Shown here one piece after another: positions 1 through 22,400 of a stretch of DNA of 64,000 nt. Numbering within the stretch: the stretch's first letter is position 1; each line of letters begins with the position of its first letter. The position numbers and the translations under genes are program-made. The notes beneath the pieces are model-generated. The model saw only the letters and a list, made by a program, of their open reading frames with translations, was not told the DNA's origin and did no database searches. Source of the stretch: Macrostomum lignano (lineage: Eukaryota); NCBI GenBank assembly GCA_002269645.1, contig NIVC01000629.1:124001-188000 (forward strand), read 5' to 3'.

Positions 1-265
1 CGCTGAAGGATCAGGGAGAGGATAGCGGCAATGCGCTGAAGGATCAGGGAGAGGATAGCGGCAATGCACTGAAGGATCAGGGAGAGGATAGCGGCAATGC
101 ACTGAAGGATCAGGGAGAGGATAGCGGCAATGCACTGAAGGATCAGGGAGAGGATAGCGGCAATGCACTGAAGGATCAGGGAGAGGATAGCGGCAATGCA
201 CTGAAGGATCAGGGAGAGGATAGCGGCAATGCACTGAAGGATCAGGGAGAGGATAGCGGCAATGC
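1..265. repeat. Intronic minisatellite, 33-bp unit
   Basis: GCACTGAAGGATCAGGGAGAGGATAGCGGCAAT tandem; truncated by the window edge. Confidence 0.95.
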
Positions 266-307
266 GCTGAAGGTATAGTTTTACTAAATGAAAGAAATGG
301 CACAGAC

Positions 308-9382
<9,075 letters not shown>

Positions 9383-11689
9383 TCTGAAGCTAAAAATAAA
9401 ATAAACTAAAATTTAGAAAAAATAAAAGATAAAATAAAAAGTCTGAAAAGTCAAAACAAAAATTGGAAGTAAAAATAGTTGTTTTTGCCTAGAAAGACAA
9501 ATAATTTATATATCTTACCTGTCAAAGCAGGACAAGAGCCTTGAAAAATTATAAATCTATTTAACTTGTTATAAATAATTATTAAAACCTTGTAACCTAA
9601 AATAGATTAATGAAAGATAAGATAGAACTTTAATAATTAGGGGATGCTTGCCATTTAAGGATGCTTGCTATCTAGAGTAAAGGATACTTTTTGTCTTGGG
9701 TTGCTTGTTCTTTGGGGATACTTGCTATCTATGGACTTTTGCTATCTAGAGATACTTGCTATTTAGGGTTAGGGATATCTACTATCTGGGAGGTACTTTC
9801 TATTTAAGGGGAATTCAGGCTTCTGCCTTCTTGCTATCTTTGTATTGTGAAAGCCTAATTTTGTTGCATCTATTTTATTTTAGGGAAAGAGATTTATAAT
9901 AAGCATCATTGTTGATAAAATTTTTACTTAAGTAAAGTGATTTATAAAATTAAAGGAATTTGTTCTTAAAAAATATGCTTTTTTAATGGATTTGCAATTT
10001 TGCAAAAATAATTTTTTCTCCTTGCTTAATTGCAACCTAAAGGAGCTAGGCCCTATCTAAATAGAGCAAAGACCTATTTAGTAGTCTGTTTGATAGACGC
10101 TAGAGCAATAGATAGAACTAAAGTGTTTTCTGATACAATCTCCTATGGCCATCTCTTTTGGCAACAAACATCATTTTCTACTTTGGCAGTATGATTATCT
10201 TGTAACACCAAATCAAACTTTAAAATAATATTATAAAACAAACTAGAAGATTAAGATTGCCCTTTAGCTAATATATTTTCCATTATATTATTAATAGAAA
10301 TCCTATTTATAAAAGTATTATTTTAGATAATTAAAGTTAAACTGCTTTTAAGTTTTGATGACATTACTTTCTTTGCAATTTTAAAACAATAATTTTTAAC
10401 TTTTGATGAATAAAATGATAAATAAAGAAGAATTAATAATATAGCTTTTAAGATATATCAATGACAATATTAATAACAGCAGATTAAAATAAGATAGAGT
10501 GAAAGACAATTTAAAATGAAGCTAATACATCCACCTGTTAATTAATTATTTTGTTTAGAGACACAAATGGAATACAATTGGTAGCTTTATTGCAATGCTT
10601 TTGCATGAGCTGTATACATGCATTGCAAACATAAGACAAGGAATTAATGAAATATTTGCTGATGTTTGAAAATTCCGACTAAAAGTTAAATAATCCTATC
10701 AATGACACTAGCAGAAATAGCAAAAAGTGCACCGCAGACAGAGACCGCAGTCGCTGCCTCGCATACCACAAACTTATTGTACCATACCATGGAATTGAAC
10801 CACCCCTAAAAGACTATACGTCGAAACTGATTTTCAATTTTACTTATAAATTTTTTGAAACTAACTTCAGTCTCCAGTTACAGTCGGCTTCAGTTTCATT
10901 TACATCGACAATCATACTAAAAGTGGTGTTGATGCCATACGTAAAAATCGATAGGCCTAAATCGAAGGCTTCTTAGAAAAATTGAAAGTTGAAAAACAAA
11001 AATCAAATTCATGGTAATCGCATTTAAACTAGTGTCTTAAACTATTGCATCAGTAAAGGCAAAAATCGTCCGTATAAAAAGAGATGATCAACTATTATTC
11101 ACTTTTGAATGCTTCTCACTCAAGATACAGGAAAAACGACAAGATGTTTTATACTGTGCATCTTTTGTGAGCCATCTTATATTTGTGAGCCATCTTGTTT
11201 TATGGTTCAATCTTATTTATACGGCCTGTGTGCGTATAAATGCTGGACCTTACTTGATCGCATCAAGGGGCTATCGGCCTCAAACTGCGGCGAGGCATAC
11301 GACCAGAATTAGCCACCGGCTGCTCGCGGCCTGAGCTGCGGAGCGCTGCTCGATTGCCACATTCTTCGGATGCCGAGAGCGAAACCGCAGAGGGTGTGCC
11401 CATGGACTATGACCGCGCAAGGCGTGTTGACGAAAGGTCGGCCGGTCTGCAGGAGACTGAGCCGGAAGTTCAGCGCGCACGAATCATGCAGACTCGAGGC
11501 CCTGTGCGTGTGGCAGGAAAGAGATCGCTGTACTAAACATATGAGGCTAAAGGAAGCCGGGCTGCTCTCGCAGAGGCCTACAGTCAGTGACAGCTGCTGA
11601 CAGCCGTGAAGGAGATAATCCATCAGATGAGGACGGCTTCCTGCTGTCCAGTGAGAAATTCAAGCAGCCGCCATCCGGAAAAGAGCAGC

Positions 11690-12560
11690 GCTGTCGCTCC
11701 TGGGTTACGCTGCTGACAATCTGGCGCTGCAAGTGCCTCGATTTGCGGCGAGCTAGAGCCCAGCGCATTGCTTGACAGCCTGGTGGCATCTGCGGCATCG
11801 GTCGGGCTAGCGGCGAACATCCAGAAGACAGAGGTGATGACTGTACCTGGGGATCTGCCCGGTGTCGATCGACGGTCATGCAACAAATTCTACCTCACTG
11901 CACGCGCTTCACGTTACCTCGGGGGGGGGGGGGTCTCGCGCCATGTCCAGGAGGACTTGGCGCGACGCAGGGGCCTGGCCTGGGCGGCCTTTTGCTCTAT
12001 CCGGGTCATACTGCAGAACGCCACGCTGCCAGCAGACCGCTTGAAAGGGTGGGCTGTTTCAGGCGGCAATCGAAACCTTCCTGAGAGACGGTTACAACCG
12101 TCCTGAGATCCTTACAACGCTGAGAGACGTGGACGCTGACCCAGAGGCTCTGGAGAAGCGACATTCGGTCCTGCTGCGAGCCGCCTTCAACTTTTATAGC
12201 TACCGGACGCAGTCTCCAAACGCAGCCCTCTACCATGAGTTCAGGACTGCGACCACCTATATAGCGAGACCCTCCGCAGGCGTTAAGACTTCAACTGGCG
12301 GGACACACCATCCGAGCGCGGGGAAGCTTATAATACACTGCCCTCGAACCGGTGCAGGACGTCCTGCTGCTCACGATGCAGGGCCCCTGGCGCCGGGGCT
12401 ACGGCCATATGCGCCGCTACTTGATGGATTGCCTGCTGCTGCATGGATGGATGCTGGGGTGATCGGCAAGTCGCACTCTGTTGCCGCCTTCAGAGAGCTC
12501 GCGTACTGAGAAACAGATCTGACACCGCCTGGCCTCTTGTGAACTGTACTCTGTTCCCCG
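11690..12560 (+). mobile_element. Decayed non-LTR retrotransposon (RTE-like) reverse transcriptase, 3' fragment
   Basis: Degenerate YADD region (LGYAADNLAL ~11703-11732), then AASVGLAANIQKTEVM, RYLGG and EDLARRRGLAWAAF, as in RT C-terminal and thumb regions of RTE-type LINEs. Frameshifts and stops are present. Confidence 0.7.
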
Positions 12561-13126
12561 GCGGCGGTGTGCTTAATTGTTGTGTGTTGTCGCAGCCTCG
12601 GCAAATTTTCGTGCACACTGCGATTACTCTGCCCCCTTCAATTGGTCCGAGCTCGATTCACATTTATTCCAAGTTGTTTTTCAGGAATGTCTTGCAGTTG
12701 TCTCATGTTTACAAGTATTTTTCAAGACCGATTTTTGCCCGAGTTTTATCTATGCCAATCGTAGAAGGCACTTCAAGCAAATATCTTTGCGAAATCCGTT
12801 TGAAGAACACGAGTGTGCAGTGTCAGCGATCTTTTCTTTTACACTTACGTACATGTAAAAGGAAACATATGATGCTTTACACTCATGTATAGCAAATTGT
12901 CAATAAATCACTTCAGTGGCTACACGCGATTTGATTAATCGATATCGGAAAACGAAATCAGTCTTGAATTTGTTGCCTGAATTATATATTCTGCCGACTT
13001 ATTTGGAAATATGCTAAATTTATGCACGCTCTGGATCTATTTTTGCCGTCCTAAATGCACTAGAAATTGTTAAAAACACACTGCGAGACAAATTATATAC
13101 ATGCATGATTTGGACACTCTGCATGA

Positions 13127-13247
13127 CACGTGACGTCAAACGCGTTAGATGAGCGACTTAAGATAGTTATTACAAGGAAATAGCTTGCTTAACCAATAAA
13201 CTATTAAAGTAAATTGATAAGACATCCAGGATGTTTAACTTTATAAA
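13127..13247 (+). promoter_or_regulatory. Candidate Pol II promoter: overlapping E-box/CRE, CCAAT and TATA
   Basis: CACGTGACGTCA at 13127-13138, CCAAT at 13193-13197 and TATAAA at 13242-13247, ~130 nt upstream of the ATG at 13376. Confidence 0.4.
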
Positions 13248-13375
13248 TTTCTGTTCACGCTTGCTTGTACTCAGCCAATGCAGCTGATAACAGCTCATAT
13301 AAAACAGTAAGTGGGATTGAGAATTGCTTCTCCCCATTTGATTTAATCCAGCAGTTTGAATCAGGCCCTCTCAGC

Positions 13376-13677
13376 ATGGCAAGCAGCAGCAGCATCAGCA
13401 AGGGTTCCGCATGCCTCCCGGTGATGCTGACGGTCGCCATCTTGCTGCAGTTCTGCACGTGCCCGGCCAAGCCTCGGACAACTGCATTGCCCAGCCCTGG
13501 CGGTCTGCATGGACTGTCGCGGAGGACTTTCGGATTGCCAGAAGCGTCATGCGCTCAATACGTCAGACCAAGTCGGTCAGCGAGTGCATCGCCAGGATGA
13601 AGTTCACATGGAAACCTAACCGATCGCCTCAGGTGCTTGTGGACGAGATTGAGTGCGTCTCTAAGAAGCCGTGGTGA
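13376..13677 (+). pseudogene. Small putative secreted protein (~100 aa) interrupted by a 1-nt frameshift (pseudogene or assembly error)
   Basis: One frame gives the signal-peptide-like MASSSSISKGSACLPVMLTVAILLQFCTCP. An extra C in the CCC run at 13462-13464 joins it to the GC3-rich frame GQA|SDNCIAQPWRS...IECVSKKPW*. The span is 302 nt, one short of 101 codons. Confidence 0.5.
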
Positions 13678-14439
13678 GCAAATTTTATTAACTCAAGTGC
13701 CTGAGTTCGATTCCATGCATTTTATGCATTATGGTGCTCGCGAGCACAGAAATTAGATTAGGGGGCCTCTATAGTGCGATTCAAGATAGTGAGACACAAT
13801 GCCCAAGACTCACAGAGTGGTCAGATCATGTGAACACCTAAGGATGAGAAAGTCGGGGCTACTGTACACCCTGTGTGAGCATGTGTCTGCGTACAGGTTG
13901 TACATGTACATAAATACTGTACCATACGTGTACATACTGCGCATAAACACTGTCCGCACATCCTGCAGGCTTATCGAGTGCAAGCCATTCAATCTGACCT
14001 TTCCCGTCATGAATTTGGGCCACGACGAAGTGTTGAACAATGAGGCAACGGCAAACAAACCGTTTTATTGCAAGCAGTACGTCAAATCTGCGCCTAATTG
14101 CTGAAAAATAAACAAAAAAACGGAAAGGTAAGAACTGGTTTTGGCTCTGTATACGAGCGTACAAACCAATTTAAGGAAAACACAAGCACTTTAACACGAG
14201 ACATACAAAGAGTTGTTAAATTGGGTGAATTCCCGTTTTGATTGTCCATTCCACATTCTATGGTTATGCATTCCCAAGCAACCCGAGTCTGTGGCCTGGC
14301 TTGAATGTCTATGGCGTCCCGTTTTGATTGTCCAAATTCCCATTTAGATCGTCAAATTAGCGATTTGCGACCTCGAAACTGTTTGGAAGAACCATGGTAT
14401 TTTTATATCTCGGTGCTACTGGAATATTTAAAAGTGAAC

Positions 14440-14743
14440 AAAGTGTCCGTTACCGGAGGCGAAACAAAAGTAACTCAGAACTCCTTGAGCTTTAGGAAAG
14501 GATTTTCATCGAGTTTCTCAACCAATAATTCTCTCATTTCCTGATCGGCTCTTGCAAAATCCATTTTCCGACCACCGCGAGGAAAGGATTCAACACTCTG
14601 CAATCGAGTCGAAAGTTGGCAGCGATTCGGAATGCGGTTGTTCTTTTGATTTGCAAGATTCTTGCAGCTCCTGCGATGGCTGACTCTTGTTCAATCGCAT
14701 CAGTCAGCCGCTGGCGATCTGCTACAGGAATTGGTGGCGCCAT
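14440..14743 (-). mobile_element. IS630/Tc1-like transposase N-terminal HTH remnant
   Basis: MAPPIPVADRQRL..AARILQIKRTTAFRIA, then after a frameshift RVESFPRGGRKMDF..EMRELLVEKLDENPFLKLKEF*. The motif CCCGTTTTGA(T/A)TGTC recurs at ~14231, 14318 and 14822 (partial at 14941). Confidence 0.6.
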
Positions 14744-15467
14744 TCAATGGGGTCGCTTTCAGGCCAAAGACGAGCAAACAGGAGGGGGAGGGACAGAGAG
14801 CTATAAAATCTCAGTCCGATACCCGTTTTGAATGTCTAAAGTTATAGTCTATGGCCAAGCTCCCTCAGTAGACGTTGCCTAACTGCTTAAGTCCATGACT
14901 AGGGTGTGATCTGTGGCCTGGCTTCAATGTCTATGGCGTCCCGTTTTTTAGATCGTCAAAAGCGACAGTACACTCTCAGCATAAAATACACGTGCTGCTG
15001 CAGTTAGCAATAGCAATAAAGCGAGGATTACACAACCGCGGACAGCCTCATCGGGTTTCATGCCCAACAGCTGACTTCGCACTGAATCAAAAGCCCTTTG
15101 TACCATAGACAGACATCACAAAGGGGGGCTGCCAAGCGTATTAGCATGATCATGCACGCTATTAAAAACTGTATTAACCAGACTGCACCAACCCAATCAT
15201 TTCAGGAGCAGCTTTAAGTGCGGCAAGGCCAGTTCAGGACGGACAAATAAGATCCAGAAGAATGGAGACCTATTGCTTTAATTACCATTTTTACAATAAA
15301 TACACCTGTAAGAGAAATGATGCCGAAATTTCTGCAACAGTCGATATAACCTGTAGAGCCCATTAAAACGATAATTTCTTATGCGTATTAAAGATTAAGA
15401 AAACGAGTTACTATAATTGTAAAAAAACTTCAAATTGTAGATCTGTAGATCAATATTCTACACATCC

Positions 15468-17815
15468 CCAAACTGATCCCTAATCTAAACATACATCATT
15501 TAACTGATCCCAATCTAAACATCCTCGAACTGATCCCCAATCTAAACATCCTCAAACTGATCCCCAATCTACACATACCCAAACTGATACCAATCTAAAC
15601 ATCCTCAAACTGATCCCCAATCTAAACATTCTCAAACTGATCCACAATCTAAACATCCTTAAACTGATCCCCAATCTAAACATCCTCAAACTGATCCCCA
15701 ATCTAAACATCCTCAAACTGATCCCCAATCTAAACATCCTCAAACTGATCCCCAATCTACACATACCCAAACTGATCCCAATCTAAACATCCTCAAACTG
15801 ATCCACAATCTAAACATCCTTAAACTGATCCCCAATCTAAACATCCTCAAACTGATCCCCAATCTAAACATCTTCAAACTGATCCCCAATCTAAACATCC
15901 TCCAACTGATCCCCAATCTAAACATCCTCAAACTGATCCCCTATCTAAACATCCCCAAACTGATCCCCAATCTACACATCCCCAAACTGATACCAATCTA
16001 AACATCCTCAAACTGATCCCCAATCTAAACATCCCCAAACTGATCCCCCATGTACACATCCCCAAACTGATCCCCAATCTAAACATCCCCAAACTGATCC
16101 CCAATCTACACATACCCAAACTGATACCAATCTAAACATCCTCAAACTGATCCCCTATCTAAACATCCTCAAACTGATCCCCTATCTAAACATCCCCAAA
16201 CTGATCCCCAATCTACACATCCCCAAACTGATACCAATCTGAACATCCTCAAACTGATCCCCAATCTAAACATCCCCAAACTGATCCCCCATGTACACAT
16301 CCCCAAACTGATCCCCAATCTAAACATCCTCAAACTGATCCCCAATCTAAACATTCTCAAACTGATCCCCAATCTAAACATCCCCAAACTGATCCCCAAT
16401 CTAAACATCCTCAAACTGATCCCCAATCTAAACATCCTCAAACTGATCCCCAATCTACACATCCCCAAACTGATACCAATCTAAACATCCTCAAACTGAT
16501 CTCCAATCTAAACATCCTCAAACTGATCCCCAATCTACACATCCCCAAACTGATACCAATCTAAACATCCTCAAACTGATCCCCTATCTAAACATCCTCA
16601 AACTGATCCCCTATCTAAACATCCTCAAACTGATCCCCAATCTACACATCCCCAAACTGATACCAATCTAAACATCCTCAAACTGATCCCCAATCTAAAC
16701 ATCCCCAAACTGATCCCCCATGTACACATCCCCAAACTGATCCCCAATCTAAACATCCCCAAACTGATCCCCCATGTACACATCCCCAAACTGATCCCCA
16801 ATCTAAACATCCCCAAACTGATCCCCAATCTAAACATCCCCAAACTGATCCCCAATCTAAACATCCTCAAACTGATCCCCAATCTACACATCCCCAAACT
16901 GATACCAATCTAAACATCCTCAAACTGATCCACAATCTAAACATCCCCAAACTGATATCAATCTAAACATCCTCAAACTGATCTCCAATCTAAACATCCT
17001 CAAACTGATCCCCAATCTACACATCCCCAAACTGATACCAATCTAAACATCCTCAAACTGATCCCCTATCTAAACATCCTCAAACTGATCCCCTATCTAA
17101 ACATCCCCAAACTGATCCCCAATCTGCACATCCCCAAACTGATACCAATCTAAACATCCTCAAACTGATCCCCAATCTAAACATCCCCAAACTGATCCCC
17201 CATGTACACATCCCCAAACTGATCCCCAATCTAAACATCCCCAAACTGATCCCCCATGTACACATCCCCAAACTGATCCCCAATCTAAACATCCCCAAAC
17301 TGATCCCCAATCTAAACATCCCCAAACTGATCCCCAATCTACACATCCCCAAACTGATCCCCAATCTAAACATCCTCAAACTGATCCCCAATCTAAACAT
17401 CCCCAAACTGATCCCCAATCTAAACATCCTCAAACTGATCCCCAATCTAAACATCCTCAAACTGATCCCCAATCTAAACATCCTCAAACTGATCCCCAAT
17501 CTAAACATCCCCAAACTGATCCCCAATCTAAACATCCCCGAACTGATCCCTAATCTAAACATCCCCGAACTGATCCCCAATCTAAACATCCCCGAACTGA
17601 TCCCTAATCTAAACATCCCCGAACTGATCCCCAATCTACACATCCCCAAACTGATACCAATCTAAACATCCTCAAACTGATCCCCAATCTAAATATCCTC
17701 AAACTGATCCCCAATCTAAACACCCTCAAACTGATCCCAATCTATAGATTAACAAAATGATCCCCAAACTGATCTCCAGCCTACAGATCCCCAATCTGCA
17801 GATCCCCCAACTGAT
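15468..17815. repeat. Minisatellite, 27-bp unit, ~2.3 kb
   Basis: AAACTGATCCCCAATCTAAACATCCTC tandem with variants. Confidence 0.95.
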
Positions 17816-18397
17816 CCCTAGTCTACAGGTTCAAATCTGGAACAAAAGGAAGGCGACAAAGACCTCGCAGTCCATTTCTGGCATGTAAACATAAATAAAT
17901 AACATGAGTTCAGTCAAATTGTATAATTTAATTGAGAAATAAATAAACTGATATAAGAGATATGCAGTAAAAGAAAATGTAATATATTATAGATGTTCGG
18001 ACAAGTTAAAGACATGCCTACGTGTGTGAAATCGCGCACTAAATATAAGAAAGCAGTATTTTATTGCTTATATGATTTTCAGTAGTATTATATACAAAAA
18101 GTCAATGCAGAAAGAAGTTGTGTGTAGCACGCAGTGAACAATATATTTTGATCGTGTAAAACTTGCGCCAGTTCGCAAAAATCGTAAAAATAGAAAGAAA
18201 GTGAAATGAAGATTACATATTTATAAAAAGGTAGATTACCAATATAAGTATTTGCTGCTAACATATGTCATAACACGCTAGAAATTGCACTCGTGAATAC
18301 AATAATTAAACTTAACAGAATTTGGTTTAATTATAAAGAAGTAAATACAGGTCTCAAAGTGAGATGCCTAGAACTTGAATCATAAGAAAGAAAATAT

Positions 18398-18620
18398 TTA
18401 TGGCCAACACAGCCAACACACAAATGTCTATGGTCTAACAACAGTCAAAACAAATGTCTATGGCCCAACCACAGCCAACACACAAACGTCTATGGCTCAA
18501 CCACAGCCAATAAACAAATGTCTATGGCCCAACAACAGCCAACACACGTCTATGGCCCAACCACAACCAAATGTCTATCGCCCAACCACAGCCAACACGC
18601 ATATGTCTATGGCCAAAGCT
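18398..18620. repeat. Short degenerate tandem repeat (~30 bp)
   Basis: TGTCTATGGCCCAACCACAGCCAA.. variants. Confidence 0.8.
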
Positions 18621-19426
18621 CAGAATAAGTGTTAAACGAACGTTTATTTTTTTAAGAGCAGGCAGAAAACACACAGAAAATGGGGTAATTGAGAAATGGA
18701 CATATTGTTTGAAAGAATTGCACAAAAGCGCATTATATTCTAAATGGCATTTAAATTGGCTATCGAATAAACTTTTGTTAAGCTTTCAAATAATAACAAT
18801 GAACAGATATAAATCGCTAATATTTTTGTTACTTCTTAGCCAGTAGCTGTGCGCATATAGCTCTCGCCGGCAACTGTGTACAAGATGAAGCAGGATTGAA
18901 ATTCATTATTTCGTAAACAGATAATAATAGAATAGAAAACAAACGCGGAAATAGCAAATTGAAACACATTCAACAATACGGCCTGAGACTTGAGGAGCTG
19001 GATCTCATTGTTACTGTTAAACAGTTTTTTGTTGCTCCAGTTTTGTAAGGCAAAAATTATCATATTGTTTTTTGTTTAGTCAAACAAAGCCCGCTAAAAT
19101 CCGTACACCTACTAACAGTAGTTATAAATTACTAAATTAGATAAAACAGTAAGAAAACCATCAGCAATGATAAATTTTACAGGCCGACAGAAAATGAAAT
19201 TGCAAAGGATTTACGCCGATACTCAGTAGGAAAGGCTCATGCAGAAATTGAATTCCAATTGAAAGATTATGTTTTCCATTCGTCACGGAGCGGCACTTAG
19301 TAACTTAATCATGGTCAACTCCTGGGATCCCGGCAGCATCCGGCAAGGTGTACAGGGAATATTGTGAGTCCACGATTATCTAGGAAAATAGGAGGAAGGA
19401 TGTCACAGCAAATTGCAATTAGCTTG

Positions 19427-22400
19427 CTAATCATTGATATGCGTGAGCCGTGGTGTACTTGGCTGCCTGCGTCTCCATGGCCCGCCGGTGGCCGATTCGC
19501 CTGCCCTTGCCGTGGCCGGCAGATGGCTGGGCGTAAGCCAGATGCAGCTCGCTGCGAATGCGAAGGCGCAGGTACTGCGTTTTATTATGGTATAATTAGT
19601 CTGGGAGCTCAGGAACCCAGGGGAATGGAAGATTCGGGGAGAACAAAGACTCAATGGGAGAAGATTCGGGGAGAACAAAGACTCAATGGGAGAAGATTCG
19701 GGGAGAACAAAGACTCAATGAGGGAAGACTCGGGGAGAACAAAGACTCAATGAGGGAAGACTCGGGGAGAACAAAGACTCAATGAGGGAAGACTCGGGGA
19801 GAACAAAGACTCAATGAGGGAAGACTCGGGGAGAAGATTCGGGGAAAACAAAGACTCAATGAGGGAAGATTCGGGAGAAAAAACTCAATTAGAGACAAAC
19901 TCTCAATGGGAGAAGATTTGGGGAGCACAAAGATTCAACGGGAGAAGATTCTGGGAGGACAAAGACTCGATAGGGGGGGGGGAGTTCGGGAAGCACAAAG
20001 ACTCAAGAGAGGGAAGATTCGGAGAACTCGCACCACAGATAAGCTAAGAACCCAAGCCTCACCGGCAGTAGGCCAGTTCACTCGAATCCATCGAACGGTC
20101 GGCCCTGACACAGTAAACTGGCGGAGGTGGCGGCAGCGAGGCGGCCAACCCGCCGACGTTCGAGGATCCGTTGGCGGAGACTGCGTTGACGGCGGCCTCC
20201 CTGGCGGCATTGGCGGCTGAGCGCCTAACGGAGCACAGTCGGACTGAAGCGCCCAGAGCGATAAGCACAGCCAGACAGATAATGATAACAAAGTACCAGT
20301 TGGCAACTATCCAATTGCGGACCTGCTCCAAGGACTCCGGACTGAATAGCAGATCTTGAAGGCGGCCCAACGGGCCCTTAGTGTCTATGAGGCGGCACTC
20401 ATGGTCCGCGTTGCAATAGCCTTTGTAGTTCTCGCACGGGGAGCCAACCTGCAAATAGGGGGAGAAGGGAACAGGAATCAGATGCGGCTCGAAATCCCAA
20501 TAGAAAATCAGTAGATAGTTTGGGATTTCAGTTGGCAGTCTGGGATCTCAAATGAGGATAGTTTGGGATTTCAGTTGACAGTCTGGGATCTCAAATGAGG
20601 ATAGTTTGGGATTTCAGTTGACAGTCTGGGATCTCAAATGAGGAAAGTTTTGGATCTCAAATGAGGATAGTTTGGGATTTCAGTTGACAGTCTGGGAACT
20701 CAAATGAGGATAGTCTGGGATCTCAAATGAGGATAGTCTGGGATCTCAAATAAGGATAGTCTGGGATCTCAAATGAGGATAGTCTGGGATCTCAAATGAG
20801 GATAGTCTGGGATCTCAATAGATAGACTGGGATCTCAAATGAGGATAGTCTGGGATCTCAGTAAAGACTGGGAGCTCAAATAAGGATAGTCTGGGATCTC
20901 AAATAAGGATAGTCTGGGATCTCAAATAAGGATAGTCTGGGATCCCAGTAGATAAACTGGGATCTCAAATGAGGATAGTCTGGGATCTCAGTAAATAGAC
21001 TGGGATCTCAGTAGATAGACTGGGATCTCAAATAAGGATAGTCTGGGATCTCAAATGAGGATAGTCTGGGATCTCAAATGAGGATAGTCTGGGATCTCAA
21101 ATGAGGATAGTCGGGGATCTCAAATGAGGATAGTCTGGGATCTCAGTAAATAGACTGGGATCTCAGTAGATAGACTGGGATCTCAAATAAGGATAGTCTG
21201 GGATCTCAAATAAGGATAGTCTGGGATCTCAAATGAGGATAGTCTGGGATCTCAAATGAGGATAGTCTGGGATCTCAAATGAGGATAGTCTGGGATCTCA
21301 AATGAGGATAGTCTGGGATCTCAAATGAGGATAGTCTGGGATCTCAAATGAGGATAGTCGGGGATCTCATCTAAGAACTGGTGAGTGAGAACGCATAAGC
21401 ATAAGTGAGCAATAGATTACCTGCAGCTTCAAGCCAAACGCGGTAGCATTAACCCTCTGCAGCAGTTTATAAACGGGCGAATTATAATCGCGCAGTCCGG
21501 CCACCTCTTTAGTGCTGATGCACCGGCTTGTATTGCTGGGCCGGCAGCCCAGGTAGCAGGGCGGACTCTGGCAATCCAGCCAGCCAATCAGGGCGCAGAC
21601 GGACGGTCCGCAGCTGCCCTGGCGGCAGAGCCGAGTGCCGGCGCGGCAAGTAGAGTTGTCGGGCTTGTGCCGGGCCTCCGGACAGGAGCTGGCGAATCCG
21701 GTGCACACCGCGGGCAGGGCGCAGTCGGTCTCGGCCTGGCAGACAGTGCCAGCCGGGGTGAAGTCGCAGCCTGCTGTGCAGCACAGATTGCCAGACGGAG
21801 AGCAGCGGGCGTGCGGCCGCACCCGGCAGGCCGGCTGGCCGGAGGGGCCGCCGCGCGGATGGCAGCAGGCGTCGGTGCACTCGTCGGCGTAGCCGCAGTC
21901 GCACTGTTCGCCAGGCTCTAGCAGGCTGTTGCCGCAGAAGGCGGCCGCTTCTGTGCTCCGTCTGAGACAATTGGCCTTGCCGCTGCGCGCGTTGAGCACC
22001 TGATCTAGCAGGGAGGCCATGCTGTCGCGCGAGCACGGACTGAACCTGGCCGAGAAGAAGTTTTTGTGTCGATAATTCAATTCTGCTACAGGCTACTAAT
22101 TCAGTAGGAAAATAAGAATTTTACTTGAAATTTTTTATGCACGCGTCTGATTTTTATCAGAGAAAACGGAAAACATGGTGGCATCCTGCCTTTGCCTAAT
22201 GATTTTTATTTGGAAAATTTGGCAAAGTGAAGTTTGAGTGTTTGAAAGGTTTTGGGTTGTGAAGTTTGTGGGTTGTGAAGTTTTGAGATTGTGAAGTTTT
22301 GGGGGTTGTGAAAGTTGTGGGTTGTGAAGTTTTGGGGGTTGTGAAAGTTGTGGGTTGTGAAGTTTGGGGGTTGTGAAAGTTGTGGGTTGTGAAGTTAGCG

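Noticed and set aside
9764-9775. TTAGGGTTAGGG telomere-like doublet
   Set aside because: Only two units, inside a decayed repeat.
11101-11180. Minus-strand SCILSEKHSK followed by GT, as a candidate RME-8 exon 1
   Set aside because: Poor match and wrong phase. The exon at 9382-9294 matches far better and has the right phase.
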